DNA from: Poseidonia sp. | GTDB taxonomy: Archaea; Thermoplasmatota; Poseidoniia; Poseidoniales; Poseidoniaceae | NCBI GenBank assembly: GCA_038148515.1 | Contig: JAYQVP010000003.1 | Span: 96,603 to 160,602 of the forward strand | Direction of reading: 5' to 3' | DNA: 64,000 bases | Shown: piece after piece, positions 19,910-29,480 of the stretch | Position numbering within the stretch: the first letter of the stretch is position 1 | Layout: each line of letters begins with the position of its first letter | Made by a program: the position numbers and the translations under genes | The notes under the pieces: model-generated | What the model was told of the DNA's origin: nothing | The model's database searches: none | The model's input: the letters and a program-made list of their open reading frames with translations, nothing else

Positions 19910-20530
19910 ATGACAACGCGACCAGCCGTCGACGTGTTCAGTGAATGGGCCGATGCCGGTCGTGACGAAGGCATGGAACGAGGGCACAGCAAGAGCGTTG
20001 ACGCCATGTTGGAGTGGCTCATCAAGGATACCGACACTCCGTTTTCGGCCGTTGACATCGGGTGCGGAAATGGATGGGTGGTTCGGCGTCTGGCTCAACA
20101 TCCAATGTGCAAGCGTGCGGTCGGTGTGGACGGCGCCCCGTCGATGATCGCCAAAGCCTACGCCATCGACCCCACGGGAGAATACGTGGAAGCGATGTTG
20201 CCGCAATGGAGCCCCGATGAACGGGTGGACAGGGTCCACACCATGGAATGTTTGTACTACCTCAAAGACCCATTGGCCTTTCTGAAGGACATCGGCCAAC
20301 ACTGGATGAACCCCAATGGCCGTCTTGTGATCGGCGTTGACCATTACGCTGAAAACACCTCCAGCCTCGACTGGCCTTCATCCCTCAACGTGCACATGAC
20401 GACCCTGACGGTGAAGCAGTGGAAAGACGGACTCAAACAGGCGGGATTCATTGACATCGAACATGAGCACCTTGGAGCGAAGGAGGGGTGGGCGGGCACC
20501 TTGATGCTCACCGCTCGTCGCCCGGCCTGA
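19910..20530 (+). CDS. Class I SAM-dependent methyltransferase
   Basis: VDIGCGNGW, GVDGAPSMI, MECLYY. GGAGGT SD before ATG 19910. Confidence 0.88.
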   Translation: MTTRPAVDVFSEWADAGRDEGMERGHSKSVDAMLEWLIKDTDTPFSAVDIGCGNGWVVRRLAQHPMCKRAVGVDGAPSMIAKAYAIDPTGEYVEAMLPQWSPDERVDRVHTMECLYYLKDPLAFLKDIGQHWMNPNGRLVIGVDHYAENTSSLDWPSSLNVHMTTLTVKQWKDGLKQAGFIDIEHEHLGAKEGWAGTLMLTARRPA

Positions 20531-23500
20531 CGACCAAGCCGAGCGATTCGCCTTCCGGAGCACACCGGCGAAGGTCGCCGCGATAGTATGCACAACTCCA
20601 ACACGTTGAATTTCCGCTTGCTAAGCGAGGAGGAGCCTCCAGTCCGGGATTCAAATGCAGTGCTGCTCGCCATGCGAGATGGTCCTCGAGGTCCTTCTGA
20701 GCGGCCTTGACCTCATCGGCGGTGAGTTGAATCACACGACCGTTCGCACCGACGAGCAAGGCAGGTGGAAGCACCACGCGTTGTTGCTCTGCAGGTTTCT
20801 TGGCCTCTTGCGCCTGAAGGGCGAGGCTGTACAGCGTCAACTGCAAACGATGTTCGGTCAAAAGTTCGGTCTCGGAGGAATTTTGCGGGACGGTCGAGAA
20901 GCATGTGGGTGGGGCTTCTTGGAGCGCATCCCCTTGGGCTGGGTCGGCTGGGTTGAACGAAGCAAGGCAGCCTCGCGTTTTCAAATCCACGACCTGGAGG
21001 GCGCCCTGACCCGATTCATGGACAAGGGCGAGCACGAGGTCGGCTCGGCCACTGAAATCCATGCTCACCGTGCGAAGTTGAGCCAATGCTCGTCGATGAG
21101 TCAACATCACAGGACCACCATCGTCGGTTTCGAGCACGATTTGCTCCCGGTGGAAGAAGGGGAGTTCGGTACGCACCGCTTCCACGGTCCATCCATCGAC
21201 GGCCAGCCCACGCACCATTTGACCGAGCAATCCCTGATCGATCAGTTCTGCGAGGTGGGTCAAACGGTCCGCAATGACCGCGCCGGCATCACTGCTCAAG
21301 TCGTGCCCGAATTCGGACATGACACGGGCGATGGTGGATGAAGTCGCCAATTGGTCGTCGTTTCGGTGCAACCATGCTCGGTCAAGCTCTGGTGTTGACT
21401 CGGATTTGGACAACGGGTTGGTCAATCCAATTTCGAGCACGCGATGCATCATCAACCCGAATGTGGTGGCTTTGGGCCAGAGATCATCGGTGGCTTGGTG
21501 TGTGGATGCCAATGGGAGTTGGAACGGCTCACTGGGCCATCCTTTCACCGATTCAAGCCAGTATTTGCGCGGACAAGCAAAGGTGCCGTCGAGGTGGTGA
21601 GCAGCGCCTTTGATCTGCTCGTCCACCACCAGCGGCGAGGCAACCATTGGCTCGGGACCAGCGACTTGGAGAAGACGCTGTGAAAGCGCTCGAGCGCGCT
21701 GTTGGGCAGAAAGCGGAGAGGGATGGGAAAAGCAACTTGGGTGATGATACAGATGAACTCCTTCAACCCCCAATACACCCAACGGGCTCTGGTCCACCAA
21801 GGTCGCAGGGTTGAACTCAACTTTGTCTTTCGGAGGAACAAATGGAGGAAGAACATCATGGTCGTTATCCCCCGCCAACATCCATGGGGCGTTCACCGAC
21901 CCCGCGCACCATGAAGCACGGCGCATGCCCTCCACCAACATTCGGCCCATCGTGCTGGACGTTGGTGCGAAACGTGCCGAAACAACACCTGTATCTGAAT
22001 CAAAGCTCCCTTCACTGCCCGGGGCCCCGGTGAGGATGAGGCGATCCCGTACTCGCGTTAACGCGACGTAGAATTTGCGTCGCAATTCCGCTCGGTCCTG
22101 TGCCTTGTTCATATCGGCGGCAAAGGCCCACAAACCATCCTTAGGGCGTTTTGAAGTGAGCCAAGGTTGGATACGCCCGGCCACCACCTGCGGTGTCACC
22201 AAGATGTTGTCCCGCACGGCCGTAGAAGCGTCGGCACGGCCTGCAGAAAACAACCCCGTTACCACCACAACAGGGGCTTGAAGGCCTTTGGAGCCGTGAA
22301 TAGTCATGATTTGAACTGCCGACGCATCGGGTTGAGTGATGGCTTGAGGGCCGTCACGACCGAGGTTGCGCAACTCAACGGTGCGACGGTACATGGCAGC
22401 GACATCGTGCCCACAGGTTTGACCCATCGTGTGCGCCATCACGAGCCAAGCCTCAGCGAACTGACGCTGAGCATCCTCAGGATACGCCACAAGCAAATCC
22501 GAGCGGTCAAGCACGGCATCGAACACATCGTACACTGCCCCCCATTCCATCAAGTGTTGGATGTCCAGCAGAAGTTGCCGAACGCCCTCGCTGGGCGCAT
22601 GGTGGATGAGACACGGCCAGACCGGCGAACCTGGAGTTAGTTGGGTGAAGGCCTCATGAACTTGAGTATCCGACATCCCAATCACCGGTGAGCGCGCCAA
22701 TTCAACACCCGCTTTTCGCATGGTGGGGTTCGCCATCAACGCCAACACGGACACCAGTGGTTGAACCACAGGCTGGGAAAGAAGCAGTCCTTGACGGTCG
22801 GCCATCACCGGCAATCCCCGGCTCCTCAAACGTTCAACGAGGTCCGTGAGGTGTGTCCGAGAATTCACCAGGATCATGATGTCGTCTGGACGAACAGGGG
22901 GGTCTGCGGGAGGGAGTTCAACCCACGCAGAGGATGCACTGTCCCAAATACGGGTGGATTGACCGCTGAGCAAGGCGTGGAGGCGGTCAGCCAACAATTC
23001 ATGCTCGAGTTCGTACGGTTTGGCCGAAGGATCTTCGAAGGTGTTGACGGGTTCATCCAAATCCAACGGGGTATCACCCAGCGTGCCTTGAAGGGGCAAC
23101 AACCACTCCAACACACCGGGTTCTGTGGTGTCCCGTGCAGGGTTCAGCCGCTGGGCTTCAGCGTGCCAGTCTCCCGGCAATCGGTGATGAGCCGGGTCAA
23201 ACACATCGTCAAAGATGTCGTTCATCGTTTCCATCAGATTGTGTCGGGTTCTGTGGTTGGATGTGAGGTCGATATGCCCTTCGTGACGGCGCAGCAGGCG
23301 TTCACCCGTTACGCTTCCTGCTTCACCGTCGTCATTGCGGTCAAACGCCACAAACGAATGGGGTGCAGAGCCCTCTTCATCGTGCTCGTTGGAAAACGAG
23401 CCCGCTTCACCGCCTGCGCCAACCGGACGGGGGTCTCGACCGTGTCCTGGCAGACGCAGATGGTCCAAGCGAGGGTCAGTGGCTTCGACAGCGTTGAAGT

Positions 23501-25439
23501 GGCGAACCGCAGCGACAGAACGTCGCATCACGGATACCTCCGCTTGCCTGAACCGATAGATGCTCTGTTTCATATCGCCAACCAAGCACACCGTCGGGTC
23601 CCAAGCCCCCAAAGGTCGTTCAGGATCGTCCGCTTGCTTTCGCCGTCGGCCCCACAGACGCGCCAACAGGCGGTATTGAGTGGGGTTCGTGTCTTGGTAC
23701 TCATCGATGATAAAGGCGCGATATTGACGCCGTAAATCACTCAACAACGCAAAGCGACGCTGGAGGTCGTCGTGGAGATCGGGGTGGTCGTGAAGCATGG
23801 TCATGGCCCGAGCGATGTGGGTATCGCTCCAAGGTTCGTCGCCCAAAGCGTCGAGCGTGTCGATGACATCTGGCGGGTATCGATGGCGGCAAATATCGGG
23901 GCAGCGAGCAAGCAGCAAGTCGGCGGCGAAACGCTGCATGTCTTCAAAATCATGCAAGCCATCAAGGGATTTGCGGCGAGCGAGGATTTGATGGCATCCT
24001 GCGTGCAAGACGATGAGGTCGGACAGAATTTCAGTTTGCAAGGAACCCGTGACATACATCGTGCGATCGCTGGGTAACAAGGGTAAGGGAGATTCCAGCG
24101 GGTCCATGCGAAGTTCGCAATCCAGAGGCATGCCGTCAAAGCCGTCGCCGGGATTGAGGAGGAACACCGAACGGGCAAGAAGGCGAATCAAACCGGCTTG
24201 AGGCGTGGTCAACAAGGCGTTCAGCCCGGGAGTCAAGGCAGCAGCCTGTTCATAGATATCGATGGCGGTTTGATTGTCCATCTCCTTTTTTGCATCGGTC
24301 ATTGTCAACAAACCCGCCGGCCAGCCATTGGTGCTGGGGAGGTGATTTTTTGGAAAGAAGGTGCAGTCGTCCTTCGACAGGTTGGAATAGGTGGTTAAGC
24401 CAATGAACGCCTTCCATGCCCAGACGAGTTGGTCGCCGGGCGTTTGGGGAACGGGCTGGTCAAGCAATCGCACGAGATGGTTGAAACGCGTGAGATGATG
24501 GCCCGGTTGTGCCGGAATCACGAGGTGGGCGCTGTAGGGCAGGAAGGTATTGACCCACTGTGAGAGGCCTGCGTGAACCTGCGCTACAAATTCGGGAAGA
24601 TGGTCAACAACAGGTTCAGCGATTGTATCCAACAAGACCTCCAATGGAACAGGCCCACGCCCGTTCCACGCCAATCCCAAGTCGCTTGCACGCTGAATCA
24701 TGGAACGGTGGGATTGTTCCACGAACATGGACCGATCCAACAATCCCCCGAGGACAATGTCGGCCGCATATTGGCCACCCAATCGCGCCACGAGGCGGTC
24801 CCTTGCCTCGACAAAGGCAGATTGATGGTGCAAAACCCCTGCTTCGGCCGCATCTTCAGGCGACCGAATGCGCCACACGGCATTGAGGGTATCCTGCACC
24901 ATGAGGGGTTGACGCTCTTCAGCAACGTGCTGGTTGGAAGGGTAAAGAGCGACGAGGTCGATGTAGGGTTGGACCAATTGATTGAGAAAGGCATCAATGG
25001 TCGAAATGGGTGCTTCGTCCAGACTGGACATCAACATCTCAATGTCGCCGCTGTTGCGCAAACGTGGGTCAAAAATGCCTTCTTCCCCCGGTTTCAGCGG
25101 GCGGTCTCGACTCAAAGACAATCGCTCACGAATGCGGGATTTGAGTTCAGCCGCAGCTTTACGCGTGAAGGTGATCGCCACCACTTCGGCGGGCAGCAAT
25201 CCAAGCCACGCACGCTGGTCGGTGCGTTCTCGCTTGGGCGCTCGCAACGCTCCGTGGCCCGACAACGGGGTTCGGGGACCCGGTGGTGTGACGTGGGTGG
25301 CTCGTTGCTCCTCCGCCATCAAATGTTGAACATATCTCTCCGCCATCACGGTCGTTTTGCCTGTGCCCGCTCCTGCATCCAAGGCGATGTGCCGGTCTAG
25401 GTCCAGACCAAGTCGCTGGCTGTTGTTGAACTCCACCAT
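20508..25439 (-). CDS. AddA/UvrD-like SF1 helicase fused to RecB-type PD-(D/E)xK nuclease
   Basis: Helicase motifs AGAGTGKT, ITFTRKAAAELK.RI, STIDAF, IIDEYQDTN, VGDMKQSIYRFRQA, TIHGSKGL and YVALTR. Nuclease motifs GRADLV, VDLKT and QL.LY. Start overlaps the partner's stop (TGATG). Confidence 0.9.
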   Translation of the reverse strand: MVEFNNSQRLGLDLDRHIALDAGAGTGKTTVMAERYVQHLMAEEQRATHVTPPGPRTPLSGHGALRAPKRERTDQRAWLGLLPAEVVAITFTRKAAAELKSRIRERLSLSRDRPLKPGEEGIFDPRLRNSGDIEMLMSSLDEAPISTIDAFLNQLVQPYIDLVALYPSNQHVAEERQPLMVQDTLNAVWRIRSPEDAAEAGVLHHQSAFVEARDRLVARLGGQYAADIVLGGLLDRSMFVEQSHRSMIQRASDLGLAWNGRGPVPLEVLLDTIAEPVVDHLPEFVAQVHAGLSQWVNTFLPYSAHLVIPAQPGHHLTRFNHLVRLLDQPVPQTPGDQLVWAWKAFIGLTTYSNLSKDDCTFFPKNHLPSTNGWPAGLLTMTDAKKEMDNQTAIDIYEQAAALTPGLNALLTTPQAGLIRLLARSVFLLNPGDGFDGMPLDCELRMDPLESPLPLLPSDRTMYVTGSLQTEILSDLIVLHAGCHQILARRKSLDGLHDFEDMQRFAADLLLARCPDICRHRYPPDVIDTLDALGDEPWSDTHIARAMTMLHDHPDLHDDLQRRFALLSDLRRQYRAFIIDEYQDTNPTQYRLLARLWGRRRKQADDPERPLGAWDPTVCLVGDMKQSIYRFRQAEVSVMRRSVAAVRHFNAVEATDPRLDHLRLPGHGRDPRPVGAGGEAGSFSNEHDEEGSAPHSFVAFDRNDDGEAGSVTGERLLRRHEGHIDLTSNHRTRHNLMETMNDIFDDVFDPAHHRLPGDWHAEAQRLNPARDTTEPGVLEWLLPLQGTLGDTPLDLDEPVNTFEDPSAKPYELEHELLADRLHALLSGQSTRIWDSASSAWVELPPADPPVRPDDIMILVNSRTHLTDLVERLRSRGLPVMADRQGLLLSQPVVQPLVSVLALMANPTMRKAGVELARSPVIGMSDTQVHEAFTQLTPGSPVWPCLIHHAPSEGVRQLLLDIQHLMEWGAVYDVFDAVLDRSDLLVAYPEDAQRQFAEAWLVMAHTMGQTCGHDVAAMYRRTVELRNLGRDGPQAITQPDASAVQIMTIHGSKGLQAPVVVVTGLFSAGRADASTAVRDNILVTPQVVAGRIQPWLTSKRPKDGLWAFAADMNKAQDRAELRRKFYVALTRVRDRLILTGAPGSEGSFDSDTGVVSARFAPTSSTMGRMLVEGMRRASWCAGSVNAPWMLAGDNDHDVLPPFVPPKDKVEFNPATLVDQSPLGVLGVEGVHLYHHPSCFSHPSPLSAQQRARALSQRLLQVAGPEPMVASPLVVDEQIKGAAHHLDGTFACPRKYWLESVKGWPSEPFQLPLASTHQATDDLWPKATTFGLMMHRVLEIGLTNPLSKSESTPELDRAWLHRNDDQLATSSTIARVMSEFGHDLSSDAGAVIADRLTHLAELIDQGLLGQMVRGLAVDGWTVEAVRTELPFFHREQIVLETDDGGPVMLTHRRALAQLRTVSMDFSGRADLVLALVHESGQGALQVVDLKTRGCLASFNPADPAQGDALQEAPPTCFSTVPQNSSETELLTEHRLQLTLYSLALQAQEAKKPAEQQRVVLPPALLVGANGRVIQLTADEVKAAQKDLEDHLAWRAALHLNPGLEAPPRLASGNSTCWSCAYYRGDLRRCAPEGESLGLVVRPGDER

Positions 25440-28400
25440 CAATAACCACCTCCGTCCGCCGTGCTGACAGCGCATGAGGAAGTCAGCGGACAATACCGAC
25501 AGTGCGAACCCGGCGTGGGGTTGATGTGCCCCGCTGCTGCAGTTGCTACAGCCCGATGCGCCACCTCAAGACGAGCACGCAACCAGTGGCGGAACGGAGA
25601 AATCGATGACCCATCAGGCAGGTGTGAGGGGAAATTTGTCGGGAACACAGCGGTCAATTCCCCTACTTCGGGGAGGGTGGGCAACACGTCCAATACGGAA
25701 TCAAGTTCAACGTAATGCGTGGTGAACTCACCGATTTCGCTCGCCCCAACACCCACAACACGATCGTTGGGATGAAGCAACTCCCATGCACGGGCATAGA
25801 GCGCCAACTGAAGGTCTTCGAACAGACTCCGTTTGTGACGCAGACTGACATCATCGGGCTTCGGTCCGTTCACGGTTTTGAGATCGCGTACAATCACCAG
25901 CCGCTGTGCAGTGCGGCGTGTTCCGTCCAAAGGGTAGGGGGTGTCATGCGAGGTATCGCCGAGAATCTCTGCATCCTCCAAGGCCTTGTTTTGCTCCTTC
26001 GTGAATTCGATGACGTCAACGCGGTCGGCATAACCAAACATGTGGAAACCGTGTTCTTCGTCGGCCCCGCCTTCCACATCAAGAGCCGGGAACCACACCG
26101 ACCGCTGCTCACCCTCAGCGGCGGCCCATTCTACGGCCACGGGAGAGGCCTGGCGCAGTGCGAGGTCGGCCTCAAGCAAACGAGCAAGACGCCCACGGGG
26201 CGGTAGGTCCAATTCGCCGTGTAGATACGAGCGCCATTCTTCCGGACTCGCATCGACCAAGTCCCTTGTCCGGTGAACGGAAATCGCATTGTGTCGACCC
26301 AACCAGGGCACTTCTTCAGCCAAATAAGCAAGGATGGTTTGCCAACCGGCCGCCCCTTGTCCCATGGGGCCCAAATGCAGTGGGCCAAGCGAAGCCACGA
26401 GTTCCTCGCCAACCGTTAAGCCGTGACCCTGAAGGAGCGTGGCTTCAGTTTCGTGGACTACTTGGCCGCGCACGCGCGGTTCGATATCTTCCGAACCGAC
26501 GGCGTCATCGTCGTCCGCTTGAAGCACCTGTTTTGCCCAAGCTTGGCGCGGGCAAGCAAGCCATGCTTCAAGTCGACTGGGTGACCAGGTTTCTCGAACG
26601 GTTCCGTGTTCGATTCGGCCAAAGCGGTCAGCAAAGGTGAACTCGGTGTTTGCATATGGCGGAAGGGGACGAGGGTCGACACTCACCGAAGGCGAGCCCT
26701 TCTCACCTCGATAGCCCAAATGAGGCCACACAGGTGCGGCTGCAGCAGGCGTTTTCAACGCAGGAGCCGTTGGTCTGACAACCACGGCGTCAACGCTGAC
26801 AAGGCGTTCTCGCTCCTCCCATCCCATGGTTTCGCCCGCTGAAAGGTCCTTCACCAACGGTTGGCGTTGAATACGGTCGGCTTGGATGGGACCCTCAAAT
26901 GTGGCAAGGACGCCTTCGGCATGGTTCACTTCGCCGTCATAGGCATGTCCGGCATGCAGGTCAAGCCCTGTCTGCTGGCGTCGGTCTCGACCTCGATGAC
27001 CCTGACGAACCAGTCGCATGCCAGAATCGGTCGAAACCCAAGCGTACCTCTGTGGGGTCAACCACGCGCCGTGGCCTTTTTCTCGAACCTTCCATTGAAA
27101 CACACGTTGGGCTTGTTCGCCCTCGAACCTGGAGGTGGGGAGAAAGGCCGGCGGCGAGCGCATGCTGTCCCAAGTTCCCGATTGGTGTCTCTCACCAAGC
27201 CATTCCGCTAACGGTGCACTTGGGCCCCCACCTTCCTCGGCGGTTGAATCAAAAACGACAACATATCGGCCTGCGTTGAGAAGATGGCGAAGGTGGTGAC
27301 GACCTCGGCGTACAAGCGCATCGGTTTGAAACACGCCCAACTCGAGCAATGCATTGGCATCCAACCATGGGACTGAAGAGGATTTCATCGTCCATGCATC
27401 CACGTCCATGCCCGTCAGCAGGATCAGGTCCGCTTCGCATCCCAGCGCCTCCTCGGGCGTCACGAGATGGATGGAAGATGTCGAACTGCCTGACACGGAA
27501 AGGGCGGTGTTTTCACCCAACAGGTCAAGGATATCATGAAACCACCGTCGATGAACTTCGGGCGAAGCGTCCGATGGCCCTGCTGCGTTGTACAGGGTCT
27601 TCAAACCGTCAACCAAGGCTTGCAAAGCGCCGAGGCCTGCATCGTTGGGATGACGGCGTTCCTGCAGGGCATTCAAATCAAGGGCGGTGATCAACCATGA
27701 CAACCAAGCCATCGGGGAGGGCGGAGATTCTGGCATAGGAAGGGTGTCGCCGCTGGTGCAACCCACGACATCCATGCTCAGGAGGTGAACATCCTCGGAC
27801 GACAAGAGCGGGCGCCATATTCTCAAGAGGCTGGCCAGCCACCATTGTGTTTCTTCAAGGCGCTGAGCCTGTCGTTCAGGGTAACGCTCTGTGATCGAAG
27901 GCTTCGCTTGACCGAGTACGCCCATCCAACGAGCGATAGCACCCGGTCCACCCAACACGTGGAACGAGCTGGCAATGTCCTCGAGAACATCAGCGTGAGG
28001 CTGGGGGACCCAATCCGCTCTCGAAGGGTGAGCAGCATTTGGAAAGGGTTGCCGAAGCACAGGGAGTGCGGATGAAAAGAAGACCTGGCGTAAGGATTCA
28101 AGCGACCACGCCCCCAATCCGGTGGAGAGATGCGCCGCCCCAACAACGGCATGATGCAAGGGTTGCTGGTTCAGAGCCACCGAGGTATCAGCCAAAACCA
28201 ACCCAAGGCTTGCGAGATCACTCGACCAAACACCTGCGGACGCCTGGGCGTTGGCGTCAACAATGAGGATTCGGCCCTGTTCGGTTTGCAGAAAAGACTC
28301 AACCAACGAGAGCGCAGCGTGGCGAATATCATGACGTTCATCCACCGTCACCCGCGTGATTTGAGTTTGGCGCTCCTCTCCAACTTCGGTGCGCCACTCG

Positions 28401-29185
28401 TTGGTTGTCGGCACCCAAGGTTCGTGGGATGGGAGCCAAGTCGGCAGGGTATCGGCCGTGCAGGGATCTTCGTCAAGCAGGTACGCCCCGTGAAACCCAA
28501 GACGAAACGACCCCGGATTCAGAAGTTGATGGATTGGGCACCAGCGGGCGACTTCGGCCAGCAAATCTTGCTCAATTTCGGTAAAATCCGGTGCAGTATC
28601 CAACATCACCAAACCATCGACTTCCGTGAGATGGAAGGGGGGCGCCTCGGCCCCTCGTAAGGCTTCGAGCACGTGGCGGGGGAGCAAAGCTGGCAGCGTG
28701 CCGCCCGCATCAAGTTCGTATTGACGCGCAAGACGATCGAACACCTCCGCTCCGGGGTCCCCATCCCAAGAAAACGGCTCACGGAGGTGAAGCAACTCAC
28801 CATGAAGGCGTTGCAATCGCTTGGTTTTCGTCATGGTCCATTCGCCAACACCGTCGATATGCATGAAGGGCAATTTCCCACGGATGGCTGCTTCATGGCA
28901 CCGTTGATGCAGTTCGACAAAGTTCACCGCATCGTTGTCGAGGGTTTGCGGGAGGCGCATATCAACATGCAACATCCGAATCAACTGGTTCAGCGTCACA
29001 TGATGTTGGGGGGACACCATGACCCCTTCCCGATGCAACGTTTCCACCGTGATGCGTCGGTGAAATTCGTTGGGGTGAACCACCATGATGGCGGGGGGTT
29101 CATAGCCTACCATGGCATCATGCATCCACAGCGGAATACCTCGCCCTGCGGGGACGAGTTCCGATGTAATGACTTGCTTGTCCAA
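25439..29185 (-). CDS. AddB-like subunit: inactive helicase-like body plus Fe-S PD-(D/E)xK nuclease
   Basis: WSPSRLE.WL.CPRQ, RGQVVHE, GYADRVD, RDLKT, QLALYA, C-terminal HCRYCPLTSSC. No Walker A. Coupled to the helicase gene. TTG start uncertain. Confidence 0.82.
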   Translation of the reverse strand: MDKQVITSELVPAGRGIPLWMHDAMVGYEPPAIMVVHPNEFHRRITVETLHREGVMVSPQHHVTLNQLIRMLHVDMRLPQTLDNDAVNFVELHQRCHEAAIRGKLPFMHIDGVGEWTMTKTKRLQRLHGELLHLREPFSWDGDPGAEVFDRLARQYELDAGGTLPALLPRHVLEALRGAEAPPFHLTEVDGLVMLDTAPDFTEIEQDLLAEVARWCPIHQLLNPGSFRLGFHGAYLLDEDPCTADTLPTWLPSHEPWVPTTNEWRTEVGEERQTQITRVTVDERHDIRHAALSLVESFLQTEQGRILIVDANAQASAGVWSSDLASLGLVLADTSVALNQQPLHHAVVGAAHLSTGLGAWSLESLRQVFFSSALPVLRQPFPNAAHPSRADWVPQPHADVLEDIASSFHVLGGPGAIARWMGVLGQAKPSITERYPERQAQRLEETQWWLASLLRIWRPLLSSEDVHLLSMDVVGCTSGDTLPMPESPPSPMAWLSWLITALDLNALQERRHPNDAGLGALQALVDGLKTLYNAAGPSDASPEVHRRWFHDILDLLGENTALSVSGSSTSSIHLVTPEEALGCEADLILLTGMDVDAWTMKSSSVPWLDANALLELGVFQTDALVRRGRHHLRHLLNAGRYVVVFDSTAEEGGGPSAPLAEWLGERHQSGTWDSMRSPPAFLPTSRFEGEQAQRVFQWKVREKGHGAWLTPQRYAWVSTDSGMRLVRQGHRGRDRRQQTGLDLHAGHAYDGEVNHAEGVLATFEGPIQADRIQRQPLVKDLSAGETMGWEERERLVSVDAVVVRPTAPALKTPAAAAPVWPHLGYRGEKGSPSVSVDPRPLPPYANTEFTFADRFGRIEHGTVRETWSPSRLEAWLACPRQAWAKQVLQADDDDAVGSEDIEPRVRGQVVHETEATLLQGHGLTVGEELVASLGPLHLGPMGQGAAGWQTILAYLAEEVPWLGRHNAISVHRTRDLVDASPEEWRSYLHGELDLPPRGRLARLLEADLALRQASPVAVEWAAAEGEQRSVWFPALDVEGGADEEHGFHMFGYADRVDVIEFTKEQNKALEDAEILGDTSHDTPYPLDGTRRTAQRLVIVRDLKTVNGPKPDDVSLRHKRSLFEDLQLALYARAWELLHPNDRVVGVGASEIGEFTTHYVELDSVLDVLPTLPEVGELTAVFPTNFPSHLPDGSSISPFRHWLRARLEVAHRAVATAAAGHINPTPGSHCRYCPLTSSCAVSTADGGGY

Positions 29186-29293
29186 CCTTCTTCACGCCCC
29201 GACTAGACCATCCTCGCCGACCTGTTATGAACCCTGTTTCTTGTTCCCATGATGGTTTCAAATGATTCTGGGCTCTCATTGCTGAGCCCCAGG

Positions 29294-29301
29294 TTTATAA
29301 G
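29294..29301 (+). promoter_or_regulatory. Canonical TATA box in AT-rich intergenic region upstream of the TFB-like gene
   Basis: TTTATAAG. A second TATA-like TTCATAAA at 29379-29386 is preceded by purine-rich CGCAAA. Confidence 0.55.
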
Positions 29302-29480
29302 GGGTGGGCGTTCTTGTTATTTTGGCTCCGAAGATAGAATTCATTTGTTTGCCTAAATTCGAACATTGAACCGCAAACTTCATAAATAGGCCGCCCTACA
29401 TGAAGAATTCATGTTGCGCTGGCCCGCCGTGAGGTGCTCGGCATCGAAGGACGCCAAAACAACACATGGAGGTGATGTAG

